A DNA stretch of 64,000 bases from a virus (IMGVR_UViG_3300015214_000001:128001-192000); one strand, 5' to 3'; positions 49,198 through 58,646 are shown, numbered from the stretch's first letter. Numbers and translations are program-made. Notes: generated by a model not told the origin, from the letters alone.

Positions 49198-51594
49198 ATG
49201 TCCAATGTTAATGCAATTATTCACGGAACAAAGTTTAATCGCTTCGTAGACTTAGCCAAGCGATTAAAGACATGGTATGGGCAAAAGGATATTGAAGTAT
49301 CCATTTACAATAACAAAGTGTATGTGTCGATGTTTCAAGGCGATTTAGTCGCTATCATCGGCAATACATATAATGAGGAAAATCTTTGCTTTTCGTTTCA
49401 GTTGGATGAAATCACAAGTAAGATCGCTAGTCTTGCTGATATAAGGTTAGAACTGTCCGTGCCGATTGATGGTGGTAATGCCACATTGTCAGACAGTGGT
49501 GCTACAATCAACATTCCAGCTGTTAAGCCACTAGGTCTTATCAGTAAAGAAATTACCAGCTATGATGATAGGCTAAATGTGACACAATTCATGACTTTAG
49601 ATAAAAAGGTTATGAAAGAACTAATCAAGTCTATCTCAGCAACATCACATGAGGTTTTATTTATTATTGGTGATGGTTCTAAAGTTCGGTTTATGACATA
49701 TGATGGTTTGGGCATTTCGCAAATCATTGTTGATGTTGAAGCTCATGAACCGTTCCAACGGTCTTATTATGCAAAGCCAGTTTTAACAGCGCTTAAGGGA
49801 CTATCTCTAAGCAAAGATGTTAAAACAATCAACTTGTCCTTAAATGAAAACGATGGTTTTCTAGTGTATGCCGATGATGAATTGACATACTTAGTGAGAA
49901 CCGACCACAATAAAGACGATTATAACCCTGAGAAATACCCATTAAATTTTCAAAGCAAAATTGACTTTATGATCGTTAATGAGCAAGCGCAATTTGTCAA
50001 CCTTAACGGAAAGTCAATGTCATTAGCGCAAGTCATCAGCGATAAAGGCTTAGATAAGCAAACCTGTTGGATTACGGCTAATGCGCTATCTGAAACCATC
50101 ACAATAGCAAATATTATTGGTGGTTACAATGATGTAACATTCCCTGCATTTGTCAAAAATGGGACTGAAATTGCTGTAGGCATTAATGGCAAACTGCTAA
50201 AAAGTTTGCTCACGACTTATGGTGACTTAATGTTTAGTATCCGTGATGATGCTCTTGTTATCACAGTTAATGGTCAAGGTGGCTTTGAAGTAAACAGCAT
50301 TATCGCACCGATGGCACTTGACTTTAACAATGATGTGGCGCGTAACGTAATTAAGCCTGTTATGAGTGTGAATCCAGCCACATACATTGACGCGAATGAG
50401 TTCTATGCTATTATTCAAGCATTGCTCAACAATAGTGATAGTGGGACGATCTCTATCTACAATAGAGATAATGGGTTACAAGTCATTAGTGGCAATGGGG
50501 TTAAGTATGAGGTTGGCTTTGTGACAAATAAGCCAATTGAGGGGATGCCAATTAACGCTCGCGCTAACTCGAATGCGTTCTTCAAACCTAGCGATAAGAA
50601 GTCTTTATCGGCAAAGTTTAGCAATCTAACTAGTAGCATGTTGAGCGTGTACGTTATCGACAATAGCATTAAGCTATATGACGAAAACAATGAGATTATC
50701 ACATTGCCCTTTTATGTCAATGATGACACCAAAGAAGTTGTTATTACAAACTATAAGCGTACTGAGTTCTTCAATAGCAAACAAAAGGCAGTTGTCACAT
50801 TAACCAGCGATGACTTTAGAAATGCCGTTAACATCGCTAGTAAATTCGCGGCAACCGATAACAATAGACCTACAATCAATAGTGTGCATTTCTCTTTCCG
50901 TAAATCAGAAGTTGAAATTGTTGGCACTGATGGTTATAGGCTGAGTGTAGATACCAGAAATAACCTAGCGGGTACTGTTGATGCTGATGGTTTGTGCCTT
51001 GAGCCTAACGCACTGCTTAATACGCTTAAATCAATTGCTAACGCTTATATCTCATTAGTGCTGGTTAATGATGGTGATACTGTAGCTATTATCGGACATG
51101 ATGAACCAGATAACCTAACATCTGACAGTAGCAAAACTATCACCTATCTGTTTATCATTCCTGGTAGATTTCCTGATTATTCAGTAATCTTACCTGCTAA
51201 ATCAAGCATGATCTATTTTGAAGAAATTGAGATCACGTCTGATAAAATCACAAGTAATGGTGATAGTTTTGAAACAGTGTTTGAGCGTGCAAATAAACTA
51301 TCAAGCGACAATCATTTTCTAGGTGTATTCACTGTAAAGAGATATACAAGTACAGTTACATTCAGTGTCCCTCATGCCGACAAAAAAGCACAAGGTCATG
51401 CTCTATCGCTAGACATCCCCGCGCAAAATATTCATGCTGATTACAATATCGGTGTGAATATAAAATACTTGTTAGATGCTGTGAAGTTAAGCGATAAGCA
51501 CAAACATATGTTGTACTTTAGAGAACAACGCGACTATCTAATTGGTAAGTTTGGAACAGTTACATACGTTATCATGCCAATGTTGAACGCCTAA
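49198..51594 (+). CDS. Double-length DNA polymerase III beta (sliding clamp)-like protein
   Basis: C-half: FAATDNNRPTINSVHF, VGTDGYRLS, GRFPDY..ILP, IGVNIKYLLDAVK, YVIMPM; N-half has degenerate equivalents (MTYDG, VGINGKLLKSLL, SIIAPM). Confidence 0.8.
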   Translation: MSNVNAIIHGTKFNRFVDLAKRLKTWYGQKDIEVSIYNNKVYVSMFQGDLVAIIGNTYNEENLCFSFQLDEITSKIASLADIRLELSVPIDGGNATLSDSGATINIPAVKPLGLISKEITSYDDRLNVTQFMTLDKKVMKELIKSISATSHEVLFIIGDGSKVRFMTYDGLGISQIIVDVEAHEPFQRSYYAKPVLTALKGLSLSKDVKTINLSLNENDGFLVYADDELTYLVRTDHNKDDYNPEKYPLNFQSKIDFMIVNEQAQFVNLNGKSMSLAQVISDKGLDKQTCWITANALSETITIANIIGGYNDVTFPAFVKNGTEIAVGINGKLLKSLLTTYGDLMFSIRDDALVITVNGQGGFEVNSIIAPMALDFNNDVARNVIKPVMSVNPATYIDANEFYAIIQALLNNSDSGTISIYNRDNGLQVISGNGVKYEVGFVTNKPIEGMPINARANSNAFFKPSDKKSLSAKFSNLTSSMLSVYVIDNSIKLYDENNEIITLPFYVNDDTKEVVITNYKRTEFFNSKQKAVVTLTSDDFRNAVNIASKFAATDNNRPTINSVHFSFRKSEVEIVGTDGYRLSVDTRNNLAGTVDADGLCLEPNALLNTLKSIANAYISLVLVNDGDTVAIIGHDEPDNLTSDSSKTITYLFIIPGRFPDYSVILPAKSSMIYFEEIEITSDKITSNGDSFETVFERANKLSSDNHFLGVFTVKRYTSTVTFSVPHADKKAQGHALSLDIPAQNIHADYNIGVNIKYLLDAVKLSDKHKHMLYFREQRDYLIGKFGTVTYVIMPMLNA

Positions 51595-51615
51595 CAAATA
51601 TCAGCACAATATTAA

Positions 51616-51655
51616 ACAAAAAGAGCAAGCTATTGATATGGCTTGCTCTTTTTGT
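51616..51655 (+). terminator. Intrinsic terminator
   Basis: ACAAAAAGAGCAAGC...GCTTGCTCTTTTTGT. Confidence 0.85.
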
Positions 51656-51849
51656 ATTCTATGGGGGATACAGTCATTATATAACAACTAACTGCATTTG
51701 CCTAATCGCGCTAATAATAGAAAATTTTGTTCTAAAAACAAAAAAATCTTCTTGGTTGTTGAAATTATTTGTTTGTCTGACATAGGGCTTTCTCACAGAG
51801 GGGTATAATCAGGCTCATTATACGTTTGTGCTAATGAGCCTGATAGATG

Positions 51850-52794
51850 TTATTCTAGCATTTGAACGTGTTTAGATGCACCAAAGTCAAGCAACTCATT
51901 AGGAAGTTGATTAAGTCTTACCTGTTGCTCATACCACTTGATAACACTTGCATTCCAGATCACAGCAGCTAAGTGATCTTCTGATGTATCCTCATTAGCA
52001 AATGCAATAACATGACGCAACATAGAAGCATAAACCCTACTAACGTTAATGCCCTTTTGCCAATTATTGACACCATATTTAGCAGCGCCGACATAGTATA
52101 GCCTAGCAACGTGATTCAACGCGATTTTAGGGATTAATGTGTAATCGCACTCTGATGTATTATAAAGTTCGGCAAACTGGGGTTTATCGCTGTTATATAG
52201 TGCCTGATCGGTAGCGCATCCACCATACCCACTTTGCAAAGTTTTCAGCACATCTAATGGGATTAGATGATACATTGGCTTGCCTTGCTGATTATCTCTG
52301 TGAGCGCCTGTTGTAAACTCGTCAGTTACATTGCCACCCTTGACAATTGGCTTATCGCTGTCAAGTTCTAACTGAGGAATCACATCGCCTAGTGTTTTGT
52401 TGGTCATATTGAATTGATGAATAAGCTCATCTAGGCCACCATCTTCATAATAGTGTTTCCAGCGAACCTCTTTAGTCTCAGGGTCAATCCATGCGTGAGA
52501 TAGAGCAGACCATGAGTAATAACCCTCATTATCCATTGAATACGTTTTCTCATCAGCACATGAGCCTTTTATGAATTTCACTTCTCCTTCGGCAATGTCG
52601 TAAACCCATAGCGTATTTGTCATTGCTACAATTAAAGCCTCATGCACATGATCGACAAAAACAGCTATCGGCTTATATTGATTAACAGATTCGTAAGGAT
52701 ATTTCCATTTTTTCTCTGATATGTGCCGATAGTATAGTGAACGATCACGATGCACTAACTCATAATCTTTAAATCTTACGTACTTTACTGACAT
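51850..52794 (-). CDS. dATP/dGTP diphosphohydrolase (DUF5664-like) domain protein
   Basis: TGAHRD..GKP.Y.LIP, GAAKYG.NNWQKG, SMLRH, EDHLAAVIWNA. Confidence 0.8.
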   Translation of the reverse strand: MSVKYVRFKDYELVHRDRSLYYRHISEKKWKYPYESVNQYKPIAVFVDHVHEALIVAMTNTLWVYDIAEGEVKFIKGSCADEKTYSMDNEGYYSWSALSHAWIDPETKEVRWKHYYEDGGLDELIHQFNMTNKTLGDVIPQLELDSDKPIVKGGNVTDEFTTGAHRDNQQGKPMYHLIPLDVLKTLQSGYGGCATDQALYNSDKPQFAELYNTSECDYTLIPKIALNHVARLYYVGAAKYGVNNWQKGINVSRVYASMLRHVIAFANEDTSEDHLAAVIWNASVIKWYEQQVRLNQLPNELLDFGASKHVQMLE

Positions 52795-53814
52795 TCTTGC
52801 GCCCCTTGAACGATTGTGTTACAGGATTTAATGCTAAGTCAATATCAAGCCCACCAGTGCCATCAAATGCCCTTTGACCGATGCAAGATTGACACAGATT
52901 AAAGGGGTCTTGATTATCCAATTCTTCTGGCTTAATCGACTTTTGTAAATGCCACCCTTGAGTCAATCTGTCAGGGTGTAAGGTCATATCTTCTTCATCC
53001 CATATTCCTGATTGAACTAAGGCTAATTGTAATTCATATGCCGTTTGAACTAGTTTTTCACGCAATTGATCTATAGTTTCATACTCTGGACTAACAATTG
53101 CGCGTCGTTCACGTTCACCGATGCTCAAATTCGCATAACATTGACATTCATAAGAATGCTTCATGTAATCAGCATATTCGTTGCGCGGGATGTTAAGTAT
53201 CTCTATTGCTAAATCGCGTTCTTGAATGTGCCAATCAAAGATGGGGTTAGCTAGAGATTTAATGACTTTGCCACGCTTATCCTTTTTAAGCATCATCAAA
53301 TCAACAAAGCTATTTCGACGTGAGCTTTCAGCTTTCCGTAAGCCTGAAATTTGCATTACTTCACTCTGTTTGACCTCTAACTTTTTTGCCACTTGAGAGA
53401 ATAACTGATCGAGTAGCTTACCCTTCAATTCACGATACATAATAGAGTGATAGGCTGGTGATGGAAAACCCCATGAAATAATCAATTGCTCATATCTGCC
53501 TTTTTGTGGTGGCTTGCCAATTCTTAATTCCCATTGATATAAATTGGCAATATCATAGATGTATTGTTTAGTTTCTTTAGCGCCTGTTAGCGTATTAGCC
53601 CAACAAGCGCCGACAAAACTATCAGGGAAAGCCAGTTGAGCGATTCTTCCTGCTAAAACAGAATCGTGACCACCAGACCACGATACAGCTACGCCTTTAA
53701 ATTCGTAAAGATGGTATTCTTTGCGAATCCTCTCAATTGTTTCATGTATTTTCTGTTCTACCCCCCCCGATTTGTTTCAAAGTGGGTTGTATCCTGAACA
53801 GTTTTGTTATTCAT
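52769..53814 (-). pseudogene. PAPS-reductase/PP-loop family gene 2, frameshifted at G8 (would be 348 aa with G9)
   Basis: ATG at 53814 gives MNNKTVQDTTHFETNRGG*; the frame after the tract reads VEQKIHET...VAVSWSGGHDS...NTLTG...GFP.P..H..Y.ELK...SGLRKAESSRR...NPIFDW...ECQC. The track ORF 52769..53485 is only the 3' part. Confidence 0.85.
53761..53768 (-). repeat. G8 homopolymer at frameshift
   Basis: 8 consecutive C on + strand. Confidence 0.95.
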
Positions 53815-53825
53815 TATAGCCCTTT

Positions 53826-54230
53826 CTAGCTATCAGCTTCAATGTAATAGCCTTCTTTGTGTACATCATACGCGGGTAAATCAATTAATGACTTACCCAT
53901 TTCACGGTTTAATGCAGAGATAACTTGTTCAGTATCTCGTGTGACTGGTTGCCACTTCCCATCACTGCTGAAATCACCTTCATTGAACTGCTTTCTTAAT
54001 GCAGAGCAATAAAAGCCTGTAGGCTTTAGGTATGATAGCTCACAACAAACGCGATATTCGCCTTGATCGAACCATATCAAACCTAAGTAAGGTTCTTCTG
54101 ATAAAATAATCCCATCAATCGCTTGCCTAATATCAGGCAAGGATTGCACTACAATGTTTCTTTTGGACATTATATCCTCTCTTTTTGATCTATGCACCCC
54201 TCTAACGATATAACCACAATTATACAACAT
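53826..54230 (-). CDS. Hypothetical protein, paralog of 48076..48342 (likely start MSKRNI at 54170)
   Basis: GAGG RBS before internal ATG; motif alignment with 48076 protein. Confidence 0.65.
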   Translation of the reverse strand: MLYNCGYIVRGVHRSKREDIMSKRNIVVQSLPDIRQAIDGIILSEEPYLGLIWFDQGEYRVCCELSYLKPTGFYCSALRKQFNEGDFSSDGKWQPVTRDTEQVISALNREMGKSLIDLPAYDVHKEGYYIEADS

Positions 54231-54300
54231 TCTTAATCATGAACAGATATAAATATAATATGAATATATTAATTGTCTGTTCATGGCGCTCATTATGCCA

Positions 54301-55044
54301 CTAGCTAACGATAAGCGCAAGCGTCAAATCATCAATAACGCCATCGGATTCACCACAAATAACATAGTCTAATGAATACTGGCTCAAATATAGCAAGTCC
54401 TCATATTCATCTTCCCCATCGAAATTAAATTGATCTTTAAAGCACTCATTAATCCATTCTGACTCATGCCTTGCATAAATCAAAATATCATCCTTGCCTC
54501 TTGCCAGATCATTAACAGCATCTATTGTACCTAGTATGTCTTTTGCATTACATAAGTAACGATTGCTGGCATCAGTAAATAAAGTCGGCAATAAACCGAC
54601 TTCTTCGGTGTTAATAATCGAAACATTGATAGGCGCTGATAGAATAATGACTTCTAACGGGTTAGGCCTTTCATCATATGTCAAATCTGACCGACGTTGA
54701 AAGACATTGCCGCGCCAAAATTGAGGGTCATCTATTCCCTTAGGGAGATTATCAATCATGACCTCCCTAACAATTATTGATGATTGATTGCTTATCCACT
54801 TCAAATCATCGGAAGGGTTTGACCAATGACATTTGATAACTTTTCGTTCCCACGCGATTCCATCAATTTTAGCCTCTACTCTTTCCTCAGTGATCGTTGG
54901 GTAACTGACGATATACCCCCTAAGACCAAAGCGTAAAGAAGTTCTGGTTATATCAATGCCATGAAATTTCTTCTCATCTCTATGTTTAAGCCGATGTTTA
55001 GTCGGATTATTTTCATCCCTTTCTATCAGAATTATATTTACCAT
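54301..55044 (-). CDS. Hypothetical protein
   Basis: 247-aa ORF overlapping upstream stop. Confidence 0.6.
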   Translation of the reverse strand: MVNIILIERDENNPTKHRLKHRDEKKFHGIDITRTSLRFGLRGYIVSYPTITEERVEAKIDGIAWERKVIKCHWSNPSDDLKWISNQSSIIVREVMIDNLPKGIDDPQFWRGNVFQRRSDLTYDERPNPLEVIILSAPINVSIINTEEVGLLPTLFTDASNRYLCNAKDILGTIDAVNDLARGKDDILIYARHESEWINECFKDQFNFDGEDEYEDLLYLSQYSLDYVICGESDGVIDDLTLALIVS

Positions 55045-55724
55045 TGTTTTCTGTCCTTAATATCATTCTTCTCAGATATTTTACCCCAGTTCTCAAGTAA
55101 CCGCTGGATATATGCGTATTTGTTGTTTCCGTGTGAGTGATACATAATATAAGATACATTTGCCATGATCTTCTGCATGAGCAGTAACAAAGCACCTGTG
55201 CTTATATGGTGCGTAGTCACATAGCGCCCCATTTCCCATGCGACCATAATCCACTCATCATTGACATATTCAATGATGCCATGAGAGCCTGGCACGATCA
55301 CAATTTCTTTTTGTGTTTCTTCATCGACACCATATAGCGTAGCCGTATTGATGACTTCTGCCTTTACTTCCCATTCAGGCGTACTTATATTCAAATCTAT
55401 AAACCCACCCGATGCTTTTTTAATGAAGATAACCCTAACTGGGTCTTGATAGTCTGATAAGTTATCTTTATCAGATAATGAAAATGTTACTTCTAATTGG
55501 CCATCGGGTTGATCCCATTCTCCATCTTCTGTTTCAATGCCATCTGGTTTCAATGCTATTTGTTCACCGCGAAACATTTTATCTGGACTAGATAAAATAT
55601 CTTTTGCTTCTGCATATCGCATAGAAATAATTTGCCAACCATCAGCAATCCATCTTAGCAACTCTTGATCGGCTTTTATCATTCCAAGATCATTAATACG
55701 CTGTAATAGTGTGCGTTCATTCAT
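55038..55724 (-). CDS. Hypothetical protein with SH3-like module
   Basis: IVPGSHGIIEYVNDEWIMVAW. Confidence 0.55.
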   Translation of the reverse strand: MNERTLLQRINDLGMIKADQELLRWIADGWQIISMRYAEAKDILSSPDKMFRGEQIALKPDGIETEDGEWDQPDGQLEVTFSLSDKDNLSDYQDPVRVIFIKKASGGFIDLNISTPEWEVKAEVINTATLYGVDEETQKEIVIVPGSHGIIEYVNDEWIMVAWEMGRYVTTHHISTGALLLLMQKIMANVSYIMYHSHGNNKYAYIQRLLENWGKISEKNDIKDRKQW

Positions 55725-55726
55725 CC

Positions 55727-56341
55727 TTATTTATCTCCTTCCGATCTTGTCCACATGGCAAGCCTTTGAATTAGTGTAGATGCCACAATAGAGCGCTGTT
55801 TGAGGATATTACATTTAGGGTATGTCTCATTAAGTGATACATGCTTTAATTCGTTGCCCTCATATTTTCTTACTAATGTTACGTGGTCAGAATATCGGCT
55901 ACTCATAAATTTCTGTGTCCATATCATCTCATGTGTGCGAGGGTGGATTGTATGCGATTGGTTGTATTCTACGCCATTCTTGATTAGTTGCATTTGGTTG
56001 TACTTTGTATCCCACGATGTTGTTTCTTCACTAATAAGTGATAAGAGTGTTGGGAAACAGATATGTCTTACTTGGTCAAGAACGGCAATCGCAGCGCTGT
56101 CCATTGCGATCCCACCAAATTCAACTGTGTACTCACAACTAATAACCGTATTAACTTTGACGCGGATATATTGTCTGCCTAAATGTTCAGGTGACATCAA
56201 CAATAAGTGAACCAGACTGCCAGATGGGTGTTCAGCGTATAAATCATTTCCATCTCGGATAAGCCAAGATGGGTAGCTGATATTATCATCTCCTTTGAAA
56301 AAATTAAGGATTAACTTGCCATCAGTGTTTTTGCTGTTCAT
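55727..56341 (-). CDS. Hypothetical protein
   Basis: 204 aa, AAGGA RBS. Confidence 0.6.
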   Translation of the reverse strand: MNSKNTDGKLILNFFKGDDNISYPSWLIRDGNDLYAEHPSGSLVHLLLMSPEHLGRQYIRVKVNTVISCEYTVEFGGIAMDSAAIAVLDQVRHICFPTLLSLISEETTSWDTKYNQMQLIKNGVEYNQSHTIHPRTHEMIWTQKFMSSRYSDHVTLVRKYEGNELKHVSLNETYPKCNILKQRSIVASTLIQRLAMWTRSEGDK

Positions 56342-56492
56342 TGTGTTTTGTCCTTTATTGTGTGATATAATCTATATTTTATACCCGCCAAGCCTCTATT
56401 TACATAATATGCTCAGTGGCGGGTTTTGCATTTGAGGGCAAATATTGAAGCCCCATTGCTGCAAACTTCGTTAGCAACAGGGCAAATGGCGA

Positions 56493-56675
56493 TTATTGAT
56501 TTTGACTGTTTATATCAAAATCTAATAACATTTGATCTTCGACTTGCTTCTTCTTTAACGCTTCCATAATGTTATCTGGCTCGTCATTGTCAAGCTCACC
56601 ATCATCAAAAAGGGGTGGTAATAGATTTGCTTTGCGTTTTTGTAAAAGCGCTCTGAGTAGATCGTGGTTACTCAT
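56493..56675 (-). CDS. Hypothetical protein
   Basis: 60 aa, ATGA overlap with upstream gene. Confidence 0.5.
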   Translation of the reverse strand: MSNHDLLRALLQKRKANLLPPLFDDGELDNDEPDNIMEALKKKQVEDQMLLDFDINSQNQ

Positions 56676-56854
56676 GATGCTAATGGCAATTCGCGCTTAT
56701 TGAATTCAGCGATAACAAGTTTTAGATTTTTCTGAACAACGCTGACTTTTTGAGTATCGCCCTTGCATGTAGCAATAGCTTCTTCATAGTAGAGTTTATC
56801 TAGTAACTCCCATAGTTCAAAACTGCTCATTCCACCTAAATCTTTCCCTGACAC
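56672..56854 (-). CDS. Hypothetical protein
   Basis: 60 aa, GTG start after AAGGA. Confidence 0.5.
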   Translation of the reverse strand: MSGKDLGGMSSFELWELLDKLYYEEAIATCKGDTQKVSVVQKNLKLVIAEFNKRELPLAS

Positions 56855-56858
56855 TGAA

Positions 56859-57455
56859 TTATCCTTTCTGAGCTAATTTAATGTAATTGAAAAAGCGCTT
56901 AGGGTTATAATACAGTTCACCATTTCCACCCCAAGTCACAACAATTGAGCGATTATCTGCTCTAGTAACGATCCCTATTTCCCCAACCGTTACAGAGATA
57001 TGCTTATTAATCACACCTTGATGACCTTTGATATACTCGACATGACTACCAAACTTCAATAATTTTTCTGCCATGTTTTCGACTAATTCAAACTCGATGG
57101 CATAAACTTCTACGTCCAACGTGGGGTGTATATCTAACCACAATTTGAAAAAATCATCAATGGTTGCAACGCCTTCAAGATTCGCATCGTGCAATGAAAT
57201 GTCTTTCACACGTTCCAGCTTGATGCTTTTAATTCTGGTTCTGCCAATCGCTGGTTTTCCGCGTTGTGCTTGAACCGCATAATCTTTACCCACCTCTAGC
57301 CATTTTCTGTTACTGCGAATGATTGCAGTAATTTCGTGGTTATCGTTATATTCTAATTTGTCGCTAGGCTTTGTGAGGCGGCGGGTTGCTTGCTTGGGCT
57401 TTCCAGTATGTGGACTGACATCCAGCACTTGCTTCCATGTATGAGCGTAGATCAA
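56859..57455 (-). CDS. ASCH domain protein with C-terminal SH3-like module
   Basis: KQATRR...VGKDYAVQ..RG...IG..RI..I..ERV.DIS..DA..EG...F..LW..I...V..IEF. Confidence 0.75.
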   Translation of the reverse strand: MIYAHTWKQVLDVSPHTGKPKQATRRLTKPSDKLEYNDNHEITAIIRSNRKWLEVGKDYAVQAQRGKPAIGRTRIKSIKLERVKDISLHDANLEGVATIDDFFKLWLDIHPTLDVEVYAIEFELVENMAEKLLKFGSHVEYIKGHQGVINKHISVTVGEIGIVTRADNRSIVVTWGGNGELYYNPKRFFNYIKLAQKG

Positions 57456-57480
57456 CTAAAACTTCTTTGGTTGATAAATA

Positions 57481-57513
57481 TTCACCCTCTTATAATATGG
57501 CTAAGAGGGTGAA
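57481..57513 (-). terminator. Hairpin/terminator
   Basis: TTCACCCTCTTA...TAAGAGGGTGAA. Confidence 0.55.
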
Positions 57514-57518
57514 AGCGA

Positions 57519-57746
57519 TTAAGATGTAAATTGATTAAGGCACATTTCTACTTGTTGCCGATTAAGCGTGCCGTCGGCTGCAACAAGGCGCTGATTCCAT
57601 GTTGGCGATAATTTTTGTCGATGGATAAGTTCGTCTCCAACGTATTGAGTGATTTCAAATGCACCTAATACTTGAGTAAGAAAAATGCTTTTTTGGGAGA
57701 ATGGGATAGCTCCAACGGCTTTATTCCCATTAATGGTAACGATCAT
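57519..57746 (-). CDS. Hypothetical protein
   Basis: 75 aa, TAATG overlap. Confidence 0.5.
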   Translation of the reverse strand: MIVTINGNKAVGAIPFSQKSIFLTQVLGAFEITQYVGDELIHRQKLSPTWNQRLVAADGTLNRQQVEMCLNQFTS

Positions 57747-58084
57747 TACGCTACGCTTTCTACTAATAAACGAACGATTGGTAAACCACTTAGTAACGCC
57801 ACCAGTTCTTGGGCGTCATATGCGAATTGGTGGTTCTCGATGGAGATGACATTATTCACTTCTGGATGTTCCGCTGAACTAATTGTTTCAATGATGTAGG
57901 GAATTCCATTCTCATCTTCTGCCGTAACATGAATTGTAACGACATTCTTGCCATGAGACAGGTTCAACATAACTTTATCTGTAACGTTGCCAGCTTTTCG
58001 CCAAGTGGCAACCAACGATGAATTTGAGATGTTCTCAATCTCTACTGCACAACCATCTTTTTCCCAAAACATAGATGTATTCAC
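57746..58084 (-). CDS. Hypothetical protein
   Basis: 112 aa. Confidence 0.55.
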   Translation of the reverse strand: MNTSMFWEKDGCAVEIENISNSSLVATWRKAGNVTDKVMLNLSHGKNVVTIHVTAEDENGIPYIIETISSAEHPEVNNVISIENHQFAYDAQELVALLSGLPIVRLLVESVA

Positions 58085-58102
58085 TAATTTCCCTTTCTTC
58101 TC

Positions 58103-58330
58103 TTAAAGCTCTCCGTGTTTGTTCTTCCGAGATTCATAGGCTTTTTGACGTATTTCCCAAGCGCCTGTTTCCTCTCCGTCCATATCTAATAAAATTAATA
58201 GATACTTCGTTTTACCTTTGTTTCCCCAGTTCTTAACCTCTGTGACTAGACCTAAACCTAGATCAAGAACTTCTGCACCAGTAAGTATTCCATACTCACC
58301 TGTGTCTACTAAATCCGCGAGTTTTATCAT
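58103..58330 (-). CDS. Hypothetical protein
   Basis: 75 aa, GGAAGGA RBS, behind a consensus promoter. Confidence 0.6.
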   Translation of the reverse strand: MIKLADLVDTGEYGILTGAEVLDLGLGLVTEVKNWGNKGKTKYLLILLDMDGEETGAWEIRQKAYESRKNKHGEL

Positions 58331-58356
58331 TAACTATCCTTCCTGTATTAGGGAGG

Positions 58357-58385
58357 ATTATAGCGCATTGAAAAAGTTTTATCAA
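58357..58385 (-). promoter_or_regulatory. Sigma70-like promoter
   Basis: TTGATA-17 bp-TATAAT. Confidence 0.7.
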
Positions 58386-58646
58386 GGGGAAATATCGGCT
58401 AATTGTCTCATCAGCAGCTTATAGGCAAGTTGCAATGCCTTAGCGCCTTCATCATTAGTCCATATATTTAAATCTTCAATGATGGTATCAACTAATGTGG
58501 CAGATGATTGTTTCACTAATCGAAACGCCCCATTTTGGCGTTCATATAATTGAATGGCTTGTCCATCACCATCAATAGGTAACTTAACCTTTAAAAAATG
58601 ATAGTTGGTGTGGTGGGGCTGTGCGACAAAATATACGTCTAACATC
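58382..58646 (-). CDS. Hypothetical protein (start MLDVYF)
   Basis: Track ORF 58382..58795; CAGGAG RBS before ATG at 58646. Confidence 0.5.

Noticed and set aside
51718-51736. LexA (GAAC-N4-GTTC) box
   Set aside because: Only one half-site matches.
48480-51840. Invertible segment carrying the + strand clamp island
   Set aside because: Only an 11-bp AT-rich inverted match (TTAGAACAAAA) flanks it and no recombinase is in the window; insufficient.
56420-56490. c-di-GMP-I riboswitch (GGGCAAA words)
   Set aside because: The required P2 GNRA hairpin and GCAAAG junction are not present in the right arrangement or orientation.
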